Shown here: positions 20,848 to 29,043 of the stretch, piece by piece | How positions within the stretch are numbered: the first letter of the stretch is position 1 | Layout of the letters: each line of letters starts with the position of its first letter | Source of the DNA: an uncultured Dehalococcoidaceae bacterium | GTDB lineage: Bacteria > Chloroflexota > Dehalococcoidia > UBA2979 | DNA length: 64,000 nt | Assembly: GCA_964565075.1 (NCBI GenBank) | Contig: CAZMCK010000003.1 | Location: forward strand, 35,016-99,015 | Direction of reading: 5' to 3' | Program-made: the position numbers and the translations under genes | Notes under the pieces: model-generated | Seen by the model: only the letters and a program-made list of their open reading frames with translations | Told to the model about the DNA's origin: nothing | Database searches by the model: none

Positions 20848-21714
20848 ATGGAAGTCTTCCTCCTCGACGGCACGTACGAGCTGTTCCGCCACTACTTCGG
20901 CGCGCCCCCGCACCGCGACGCCCAGGGCAACGACGCGGGCGCGATCGTCGGGGTGCTGGGCTCGGTGCTCCGGCTCTTCGAGGACGGCGTCACCCACCTC
21001 GGCGTGGCGACCGACCATGTCGTCGAGTCGTTCCGCAACGACCTCTGGCCCGGCTACAAGACGAGTGCCGGGATGGAGGAGGGCATCCTCAACCAGTTCG
21101 TCCCCCTCGAGGACGCGCTGACCGCGATGGGCGTGCGCGTCTGGCCAATGGTCGACCTCGAGGCCGACGATGCCCTCGCCTCCGCCGCGGTGCAGGCCGC
21201 GGAGGACCCCGAGGTGACACGGGTGGTGATCGCGACGCCCGACAAGGACCTCGGGCAGTGCGTGGGCGGGAAGGTCGTGCAGTTCGACCGCCAGCGCCGC
21301 GAGGTCCGCGACGCCGCGGCCGTCGAGGAGCGCTTCGGCGTCCCGCCTGCCTCGATCCCGGACTACCTGGCCCTGACCGGCGACAGCGCCGACGGCTTCC
21401 CGGGCCTGAAGGGCTGGGGCGCGAAGTCCAGCGCGACGGTCCTCGCCCGCTACGGGCACATCGAGGCGATCCCCCTCGACCCGGCCGAGTGGGACATCAC
21501 GGTCCGTGGCGCGGCCCGGCTCGCCACCGCTCTCGTCGAGGGCTACGACGAGGCGATGCTGTTCCGCGACCTCGCCACGCTGCGCACCTCGGAGCCGGTC
21601 TTCGAGTCGGTCGAGGAGCTGCGGTGGGCGGGCCCGACGCCGGAGTTCGAGGCGATGGCCGAGCATCTGCGCTCGCCGGGGCTGCTCACGCGCGCACTGG
21701 CGCTTGCGCCGTGA
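20848..21714 (+). CDS. 5'-3' exonuclease (FEN / Pol I N-terminal-like)
   Basis: FLLDGTYELFRHYF..ATDHVVESFRNDLWPGYK..IATPDKDLGQC..IPDYLALTGDSADGFPG. Confidence 0.85.
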   Translation: MEVFLLDGTYELFRHYFGAPPHRDAQGNDAGAIVGVLGSVLRLFEDGVTHLGVATDHVVESFRNDLWPGYKTSAGMEEGILNQFVPLEDALTAMGVRVWPMVDLEADDALASAAVQAAEDPEVTRVVIATPDKDLGQCVGGKVVQFDRQRREVRDAAAVEERFGVPPASIPDYLALTGDSADGFPGLKGWGAKSSATVLARYGHIEAIPLDPAEWDITVRGAARLATALVEGYDEAMLFRDLATLRTSEPVFESVEELRWAGPTPEFEAMAEHLRSPGLLTRALALAP

Positions 21715-21793
21715 GCGGCGCGCGCGGGTACGCCACGAGCCCCCTCGGCGGTAGCATCTTCAGCACCGCAGTGCGGGGCGTGGAGGCCAACTC

Positions 21794-22210
21794 GTGACAC
21801 TCGACGTGCAGCCGTCCGGCATCCCGCTGCCGCGCGCGTGGTCGCTGACGCAGCCGCACTGGGACGGCTGCAAGCGCGGTGAGCTGCTGGTGCAGCGCTG
21901 CAAGGACTGCGGGCGCCACGTCTTCATCCCCCAGTACGCGTGCACGTCCTGCCTCAGCGAGCGCCTCGAGTGGGTCGCGAGCAGCGGCCGCGGCACGGTC
22001 TACAGCTACACGACGGTCCACCGGCCGCAGCAGCCCGCGTTCGAGACGCCGTACGTCTGCGCCATCGTCGAGCTCGACGAGGGCTGGCACATGCTCACCA
22101 GCCTCGTGGGCCTCGAACTGGAGGACGTACGCATCGGGATGCGCGTCGAGGTCGCCTTCCACGCGGTCTCGGACGAGGTGACGCTGCCCTACTTCCGCCC
22201 GGCCGGGTAG
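21794..22210 (+). CDS. Zn-ribbon/OB-fold protein (DUF35)
   Basis: LLVQRCKDCGRHVFIPQYACTSC..GTVYSYTTVH..GMRVEV matches the DUF35 pattern. Confidence 0.8.
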   Translation: MTLDVQPSGIPLPRAWSLTQPHWDGCKRGELLVQRCKDCGRHVFIPQYACTSCLSERLEWVASSGRGTVYSYTTVHRPQQPAFETPYVCAIVELDEGWHMLTSLVGLELEDVRIGMRVEVAFHAVSDEVTLPYFRPAG

Positions 22211-22283
22211 CAGCGGCGAGCAGCGGCCCGCGTCGACGCGTCTTGCCTGCGTGAGGCGCGTCGGCCACACTTGGTGCAGGCGA

Positions 22284-22359
22284 TCCCCGATAGCTCAATC
22301 GGTAGAGCGAGCGGCTGTTAACCGCTAGGTTCGTGGTTCGAGTCCACGTCGGGGAGCCA
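22284..22359 (+). tRNA. tRNA-Asn (GTT)
   Basis: TCCCCGATAGCTCAATCGGTAGAGCGAGCGGCTGTTAACCGCTAGGTTCGTGGTTCGAGTCCACGTCGGGGAGCCA, cloverleaf with anticodon loop CTGTTAA. Confidence 0.95.
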
Positions 22360-22479
22360 TCCCTTATGTCGTTCCGGCTCCTCACACCCGCGTGCAGCGG
22401 CGCGGGAACTCAGTCGTTCCCAGGCGCACGCACTGGCATGTCCCGATGGGGAGCGGCCGGGCGCCGGCCCGGCTCCCGG

Positions 22480-23913
22480 TCAAGGCCCGGCTTCTGCTGC
22501 GAGGGCCTCCTGGCCGAACCGCTCGATGGCCTCCAGGGTCTCGTCCACGTCTTCCCACGCCGTGTTGTGGTTGAGAATGCAGAACCTGAGTGCGAACGTC
22601 CCCTTCAGCAACGTCGACGAGACCAGCGCGGGCTCTTCCCAGAAGATGCGGGCGAGCACGGTCCGATTGATGGTCTCCAGGGTCTCCTCGGCGACCTCGG
22701 CGTTCGCAGGGTTCACCCGGAAGCACACGATCCCGAGCGACGTGGAACTCAGGCTCTCCAGAACCGTGCTCTGAGCGATCCGCGCGTCGGCACGGGCAGC
22801 TAGCTCCATGCCCTTCGAGACGGCCCGCCGGAACGCGTCCATCCCGAACACCTGGATCGACATCCAGACCTTCAACGCCCGAAATGCGCGGCTGACCTGT
22901 GGCCCCCGATCCCCGAAGTTGGGGTGGTTCGCACCCCACACCGTGTCCTGCAGGATGTCGGGCCGAACTTCGAATGCGTCCTGGAGCGTGCTCGCATCTT
23001 TGACGAGCAGGCACCCGGCCTCGTATGGCTGGAACAGCCACTTGTGGGGGTCCAGCCCGATGGAATCGGACCGCTCGATCCCGCGCAGGAGCCTTGCTCC
23101 TTCATCGGCGAGCACCGCGAAGCCACCGTACGCCGCGTCTGTGTGCAGCCAGATGCCTTCGGACTCGCAGTAGTCCGCCATCTCCTCCAGGGGGTCAATG
23201 GCCCCGGTGCCCACCGTTCCCGCGTTCGCGCACACGATGATGGGGTGGAAGCCCGCGGCGCGGTCGTCCGCCACGGCTTGTCCGAGCGCGTCCATGTCCA
23301 GGCGGAATTGCCCGTCGCTCGGAATGACCCGAAGGCACTCGGGCCGAACGCCAATGATCATGGCAGCGCGACGGAGCGCAACGTGGCCCTGATCGCTCAT
23401 GTACACCGTCGCGCGCTCAGGGTGACCGGCCACCTCCCGCGCGGCCACGAAAGCGTCGACCGTGCTCACCGACCCGCCGCTCGTGAAGAGTCCGCCGGCG
23501 CCTTCCGGATAGCCGAGCCATTGCCGGAACCAGTCGATGACCACGAGCTCAACCTGGCTCGGGCCGCTCGCAGTCAGCCAGCTCACCGCATTGATGTTGA
23601 ACCCGGAGGCCAGGAAGTCGGCGATCACACCCGGCCAGGTGGGCGAGGACGGGACGAAGCCAAAGAAGCGGGGATGATCCAGCCGGGCAGCATAAGGAAG
23701 CACCTCACGCGCTGCTCGCTCGAGGACCTCTTGCGCGGGTCGGCCCGCCTCCGGCGGCTCTTCCATCAGGAGGGCCGCGAGACCCTCCCGAAACTCGCCG
23801 TCCCAGGCATCTCCCGCCGACAGATGCTCGCTGCGGTCCACCAACAACTCGGCCGCCATGCTGGCGAGATCCAGCATCTGGTCGCGCGTCATCTCGAGGT
23901 CGGATTCGGTCAT
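22480..23913 (-). CDS. PLP-dependent group II (aromatic amino acid/glutamate-type) decarboxylase
   Basis: 477-aa ORF with SGGSVSTV and the DPHKWLFQPYEAGCLLV PLP-lysine motif. Confidence 0.9.
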   Translation of the reverse strand: MTESDLEMTRDQMLDLASMAAELLVDRSEHLSAGDAWDGEFREGLAALLMEEPPEAGRPAQEVLERAAREVLPYAARLDHPRFFGFVPSSPTWPGVIADFLASGFNINAVSWLTASGPSQVELVVIDWFRQWLGYPEGAGGLFTSGGSVSTVDAFVAAREVAGHPERATVYMSDQGHVALRRAAMIIGVRPECLRVIPSDGQFRLDMDALGQAVADDRAAGFHPIIVCANAGTVGTGAIDPLEEMADYCESEGIWLHTDAAYGGFAVLADEGARLLRGIERSDSIGLDPHKWLFQPYEAGCLLVKDASTLQDAFEVRPDILQDTVWGANHPNFGDRGPQVSRAFRALKVWMSIQVFGMDAFRRAVSKGMELAARADARIAQSTVLESLSSTSLGIVCFRVNPANAEVAEETLETINRTVLARIFWEEPALVSSTLLKGTFALRFCILNHNTAWEDVDETLEAIERFGQEALAAEAGP

Positions 23914-24309
23914 AGTCGCCTACGGAGCCTTTCTATGTGAGCACCATAGTTCAGGAGCGGCGACTACCTTATCACCTCGTTCACTGTCGGCGGCAGACAT
24001 GCCTCGTGACGTGGCCCACGCATCCTGGCGCGCCGCTTGCCCTCATACAGGACATCACACGACAAATGGTCGATCTCATATCGCCGTCATATGGATCGGG
24101 GGCCGTCCGTACAGCAGCATGAAGTGCATCTGCAGGCCGTCCTGGGGAGCCAATTCAGATGCGCGCGAACCCTCAGGCCGGTCCGGGCGGTGGTGTCGTT
24201 GGGAGCACCAGGGGCGGCGATGAGTTCGCCGGCTCGAGCATCACGAGCGTCGGCGCGCTCATCCGCGCCTCCGCCGCCGACCGCCGCGATGCCACGAAGG
24301 ATCACGACC

Positions 24310-24510
24310 ATGACCGACGACCCCGGCCGCCCCGCTACCCCTTCCGACGGGGTCCCGCGGGCCGGGGGCGGCCGCACCGAGGGCGAGCGCCCCGAGGACG
24401 GTGGCTCGGTGATCCCGTTCCCGGTCGTCGTGCTGGCGAAGGTCCTCTACTCGATCGAGGGCCTGTTCCGCCGCCTCCGGCCCGGCTCAGGCCGACGCCG
24501 CGACCTGTAG
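24310..24510 (+). CDS. candidate 66-aa small protein (hydrophobic/amphipathic C-terminus)
   Basis: ATG 8 nt after GAAGGA. Almost all codons end in G/C. No family recognised. Confidence 0.4.
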   Translation: MTDDPGRPATPSDGVPRAGGGRTEGERPEDGGSVIPFPVVVLAKVLYSIEGLFRRLRPGSGRRRDL

Positions 24511-25068
24511 CACGAAGGGACGCCGTGGACCGTGTCGCGAGGAAGCATCTGGTCAGGCGGCCTGTAGCGCGGTGCGCCGGGCTCCATCGAGACGCCGGGG
24601 ATCCGGGGACGCTGCTCGCGGGATGCCCGCCACTGCGGCGCCCGCTCCCGATTCACTGACCGTGCCCGAGTACGTGGCGCTCCTGGCCGCCGTGGTGGCC
24701 CTCGTGCTGTTCTTCGCTCTTCTCAACGCGCTCCTGTGAGGGAGGCCGGAAGAGCCTCGCGACGAGTCCACCACCTCGAAGCAACCCCCTGCCCATGACT
24801 GTCGCCCACTGCCATGAGGGGTCGCGCCGCCACGGTCGCGCCCTCGGGCGTAACAGGGCCGCTGGGGGTGCATCGCGGGTGGGGCGGGACGGCCGGCTAC
24901 CGGCTCCGATGAGCGCGAGCGAGCCCGGCCCCGCTTGTTCGTGATGGTGGCGCTGCCGACGTGACTCAAGGGTTGCCGACGGTGCACGAGTCACGTCGGA
25001 AGCAGCGCCCGGCAGCGTGCAACCAACTCGCTGCCGCCGGGCATCGTACGCGCCCGCGCATATGACAA

Positions 25069-25192
25069 ACGTGTAGTTAACGCCCGGACCCGTATGAATC
25101 GACGTGTAGTTGACGTGGGCGGTGGTACGACTGCCGGCCCAGCTCGTGCGTGGATAGTGCGGCCTGGCGATATTGTAGGTGTATAGTGCGGC
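25069..25192. repeat. two pairs of 14-nt direct repeats upstream of the HK-RR gene
   Basis: ACGTGTAGTT(A/G)ACG at 25069 and 25102. GTG(G/T)ATAGTGCGGC at 25150 and 25179. Confidence 0.5.
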
Positions 25193-25331
25193 GCCAGTTT
25201 CGTATGAAGCCGTGTATGATTCCGCTCGCGGCCTGGGCGGCGAGCACCTCCACGCCCCCACCCGGGACCCGTGCTCGCGCGCGCGGACAGCCGGGCGGAT
25301 CGCCGTATCAGGGCAGGGAGCAGCGAGCACG

Positions 25332-27755
25332 ATGAACCGTCCGGACGAGCGCGACCAGAGGATTGCCGCGCTGGAGGACCGCCTCTCGCGGATGAGCGAC
25401 GCCAGCCGCCGCATCAATGAAAGCCTCGACTTCGACAGGGTGCTGCAGGGAGTGCTCGATGCGGCCCGCTCCCTGACCGCGGCCCGCTACGGAGTCATGA
25501 CCCTCGCCCGTGACCCGGGAGAGATCGAGGACTTTCTTTCGTCCGGGATGACCGCAGAGGAGACGGGCCGGCTCTGGGATCTTCCCGAGGGGCCATCGAT
25601 CGTCAGGTACCTCGGCGGCCTGCCCGAACCGTTGCGAGTGCCCGACCTCGTCGGCCACCTCACATCGGCCGGACTCCCCGGCTTCCACCTGCCGGTGCCC
25701 GGCGGTCCGGCGATGTCCTTCCTGGCAGCGCCGATCCTCCAGCAGGGCGAGCATGCCGGGAACATCTTCGTCGCGGCCAAGGAGGGCAGCGACGAGTTCA
25801 GCCGCGAGGACGAGGAGACGCTGGTGATGTTCGCCGCTCACGCGGCGATGGTCATCGGCAACGCCCGCACCTACCGCGATGAGCGGCGGGCGAGAGCCGA
25901 TCTCGAGACCCTGATCGACACCTCGCCCATCGGCGTCGTGGTCTTCGACGCGCAGACGGGCGCGCCCATCTCGTTCAACCGCGAGGCCGAGCGGATCGTG
26001 GACCACCTCCGGGAGCCGGACCAGTCCTCGGAGGAGCTGCTGGAGGTACTCACGTACGTACGCGGGGACGGGCGGGAAATCTCCCTCAGGGAGCTGCCGC
26101 TCTCCGAGATCCTGCGCAATGCGGAGGTGATCCGCGTCGAGGAGATCGTGATGCGGGTCCCCAACGGCCGCAGCGTCAGCGCGCTGCTCAACGCCACGCC
26201 CATCCACTCGGAAGCCGGCGAGGTCGAGTCGGTGGTCGTGACGATCCAGGACATGACCCCGCTCGAGGAGCTTGAGCAGCTGCGCGCGGAGTTCCTCGGC
26301 ATGGTGAGCCACGAGCTGCAGGCGCCGCTCACCTCGATCCGCGGCTCCGTCACCACGCTGCTGGAAGCCGCGTCCGAGCTCGACCCGGCCGAGATGACGC
26401 AGTTCCACCGCATCATCCTCGACCAGGCAGACCAGATGCGGCACCTGATCGGCGACCTGCTCGACGTCGCCCGCATCGAGACCGGGACACTGCCGGTCAC
26501 TCCGGAGCGCCTGGAGGTCGTGACGATCATCGATGAAGCGAGGAACAGGTTTGTGAGCGGAGGAGGCAGGCGCGACCTGCAGATTGAGTTCGAGCCGGAC
26601 CTGCCGGCCGTCATGGCCGACCGGCGAAGGATCGCGCAGGTCGTGGGCAACCTGCTCTCCAACGCCGCCCGCTACTCGCCCGACGACTCGCCCATCCTGG
26701 TGAGCGCCGTGGAGGCGGGCGTCGGCGTGGCCATCTCTGTCGCCGACGAGGGCCGGGGCATCCCCGAAGACCTCGTGCCCCACCTCTTCCGGAAGGTCTC
26801 CCGCGCGACAGGCGCGGGCCAGGGCAGCAGCATCGGGGGTTCGGGGCTGGGGCTCGCCATCTGCAAGGGCATCGTGGAAGCGCACGGGGGCCGCATCTGG
26901 GCGGAGAGCGAGGGTCAGGGCCTCGGGGCGCGGTTCACCTTCACCATCCCGGCCGCGCCCGCCGAGGCCGACGGCGGTACGGCGCGTCCCGCCCCCGCCG
27001 GGTCGGGAGCTCGCCGCGCCGGGGCGGCGATGCCTCTTCGAGTCCTCGCGGTGGACGACGACCCCCAGACGCTGAGGTACATTCGCGACGCACTCACCCG
27101 GGCCGGCTATACCCCCATCGTCACCGGCGACCCCGACGACGTACCTCGCCTCGTGCAGGAAGAGCGCCCCCATGTGGTCCTGCTCGACCTGATACTGCCG
27201 GGGAGCGACGGCATCGAGTTGATGCAGGGCATCCTGAACAAGACGGACGTGCCGGTCATCTTCATCTCCGCGTACGGCCAGGACGAGGTCGTGGCGCGGG
27301 CCCTCGACACCGGGGCGGCCGACTACATCGTGAAGCCCTTCTCGCCGACCGAGCTCGCCGCCAGGATCCGTGCGGCCGTGCGGAAGCGAGCCGAGCCCCA
27401 GAGTCCCGAGCCGTTCGGACCCTACTCGGCGAGCGACCTGAGCATCGACTACGCCGAGCGTCGCGTGATCCTCCGGGGGAGGCCCGTCGAGCTGACCGCG
27501 ACGGAGTACGCGGTGCTCTACGAGTTCTCGGTCAATGCGCCCCGCGTGCTGACGCACAACGTGCTCCTGCAGCGGGTGTGGGGCCCGGAGCGGGTCGGCG
27601 AGCCGTGGCTCGTGCGGGACGTGGTGAAGCGGCTCCGCCGCAAGCTGGACGACGACGCGCACAACCCGACCTACATCTTCACGGAGCCGCGCGTGGGCTA
27701 CCGCATGGCACAGGGACTGGAAGTTCCGGGCGCGGAGCCGGCCGCGACTCCCTGA
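25332..27755 (+). CDS. cytoplasmic GAF-PAS histidine kinase fused in frame to a complete OmpR/PhoB-type response regulator
   Basis: ATG 11 nt after GGGAG. H-box FLGMVSHELQAPLTSI and ATPase boxes (LLSNAARYS, DEGRGIP, GSGLGLAICKGIVEAHGG). Then REC (RVLAVDDDP..LLDLILPGSDG..KPF) and wHTH (ELTATEYAVLY..RVGYRM). No TM segment and no internal stop. Confidence 0.9.
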   Translation: MNRPDERDQRIAALEDRLSRMSDASRRINESLDFDRVLQGVLDAARSLTAARYGVMTLARDPGEIEDFLSSGMTAEETGRLWDLPEGPSIVRYLGGLPEPLRVPDLVGHLTSAGLPGFHLPVPGGPAMSFLAAPILQQGEHAGNIFVAAKEGSDEFSREDEETLVMFAAHAAMVIGNARTYRDERRARADLETLIDTSPIGVVVFDAQTGAPISFNREAERIVDHLREPDQSSEELLEVLTYVRGDGREISLRELPLSEILRNAEVIRVEEIVMRVPNGRSVSALLNATPIHSEAGEVESVVVTIQDMTPLEELEQLRAEFLGMVSHELQAPLTSIRGSVTTLLEAASELDPAEMTQFHRIILDQADQMRHLIGDLLDVARIETGTLPVTPERLEVVTIIDEARNRFVSGGGRRDLQIEFEPDLPAVMADRRRIAQVVGNLLSNAARYSPDDSPILVSAVEAGVGVAISVADEGRGIPEDLVPHLFRKVSRATGAGQGSSIGGSGLGLAICKGIVEAHGGRIWAESEGQGLGARFTFTIPAAPAEADGGTARPAPAGSGARRAGAAMPLRVLAVDDDPQTLRYIRDALTRAGYTPIVTGDPDDVPRLVQEERPHVVLLDLILPGSDGIELMQGILNKTDVPVIFISAYGQDEVVARALDTGAADYIVKPFSPTELAARIRAAVRKRAEPQSPEPFGPYSASDLSIDYAERRVILRGRPVELTATEYAVLYEFSVNAPRVLTHNVLLQRVWGPERVGEPWLVRDVVKRLRRKLDDDAHNPTYIFTEPRVGYRMAQGLEVPGAEPAATP

Positions 27756-27758
27756 GCC

Positions 27759-28279
27759 TTACTTCCGGTTCCGGGAACCCCTCACCAGGCGCCCGAAGGT
27801 CCGTGACCCGGTCGGGGGGCGATGCCCGGGATCGGCGCTGCCATGCGGCAGCCCGTCCGCCCGGGGTCGAACCAACGGCTGGTTGGGCACCGACGCGGGC
27901 AGGGGCACGTCGGGAGCCTCCTCGTCGGATTGCTGCTCGCGGCGCCTCCGCGCGGGTGCGAGCAGGGGGATGAGGATGGCCAGGCCGAATCCGAGCGGCT
28001 TCGTGAGGCCGCCGGCAAGTGCGTGCAGGGCGCCGCCACGGCGACGACCAGCAGCCCGCCGGCGCCCGCGGCGGCTGCGGGGTTCTCGGCGATGGTCCGC
28101 ACCACCGCCCCAACGTCGGCCGTGGGCAGCACGGTCGAGCCGGCGTCCTCGCCCTCGACGAGCCGCAGACCGCTGATTGCGGCGGCGAAGGTGGGGACGA
28201 GGTCCGTCGTCACAGGATGTAGGGGCATGCATACACCGGCTAACGCCACCGCGAGCTGGCCCCCGGGAGGCCCCGCCAC
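27759..28279 (-). pseudogene. membrane protein gene apparently split by a 1-nt frameshift
   Basis: Protein-like sequence runs in track ORF 27782..28279 down to about 28048, then continues in track ORF 27759..28232 (GGLTKPLGFGLAILIPLLAPARRRREQQSDEE). Confidence 0.35.
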
Positions 28280-28557
28280 GGGCGGATGCCGGCGCGACTC
28301 AGCACCCAGGGCCAGGCGCTTCCGGGATGAGGCTGCGATGCGCGGAGACCCGTTTCGGCAGCGTTCGTCAGGTTGTCAGCGTCATGGGTACAAGTGGACA
28401 CTTGATGTGCACGCAGGCATTATGTGCGTACTTGGCGGGGCTCGTGAGCGACCGGACATCGCGCTGCAGACGATGGTGTTGAGCTTCACAGCGGGCGGCG
28501 GCGCAGGGGATGCGCATCGTGTGGTCCGCTGACTGGCGCCGATAGGGGCCCGCACCC

Positions 28558-29028
28558 ATGACGGGATCGCCTCGACGGACAGGTCGACCCACCGGCCGTA
28601 ACCGGTCGGACCTCGGCAGGCACGTTGCGGAGCTGGCGAACGCGCTCGCCAAGTGCTCCGCCGAGGTAAGCTCGGTCCACGACCTGCTGCCCACCGAGAT
28701 GCTCCTCCTGATGACCTGCCGGCAGATGGGGGAGTGCACCGCCACGCAGCTCGCGCCCGTCCTGCCCGTGGACTCGTCCCGCATCAGCCGGCTCATCAAT
28801 GGCATGGTCGACCGCGGGTTCCTGGTCCGGCGGCGGACGCCCAGCGACCGCCGGCTGGTCATGCTCACCCTCTCCGGGAGTGGCGAAGAGGTCGCCATCG
28901 ACCTCACCCAGCGCATGGAAGCCCACTACGACGCACTGACCGAAGGCCTGACCGAGGAGCAGCTGCGAGCGTTCGCCGAGACCGCCAACGCAATCGTGGC
29001 GAACTACGACGCAACCGCGGCGGAGTGA
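28558..29028 (+). CDS. MarR family transcriptional regulator
   Basis: LLLMTCRQMGECTATQLAPVLPVDSSRISRLINGMVDRGFLVRRRTPSDRRLVMLTLS is the MarR wHTH. Confidence 0.85.
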   Translation: MTGSPRRTGRPTGRNRSDLGRHVAELANALAKCSAEVSSVHDLLPTEMLLLMTCRQMGECTATQLAPVLPVDSSRISRLINGMVDRGFLVRRRTPSDRRLVMLTLSGSGEEVAIDLTQRMEAHYDALTEGLTEEQLRAFAETANAIVANYDATAAE

Positions 29029-29043
29029 GCCGGCGGGGTACCG

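Noticed and set aside
24653-25417. 254-aa minus-strand ORF spanning the repeat region and the HK-RR start
   Set aside because: The translation is Arg/Pro/Ser-rich, crosses AT-rich repeat DNA, overlaps the SD-led start of the HK-RR gene, and has no recognisable domain.
27822-28532. Plus-strand 236-aa ORF overlapping the frameshifted minus-strand gene
   Set aside because: Its high GC3 mirrors the opposite-strand coding frame. The translation lacks hydrophobic cores and motifs, whereas the minus-strand frames give TM helices and normal composition.
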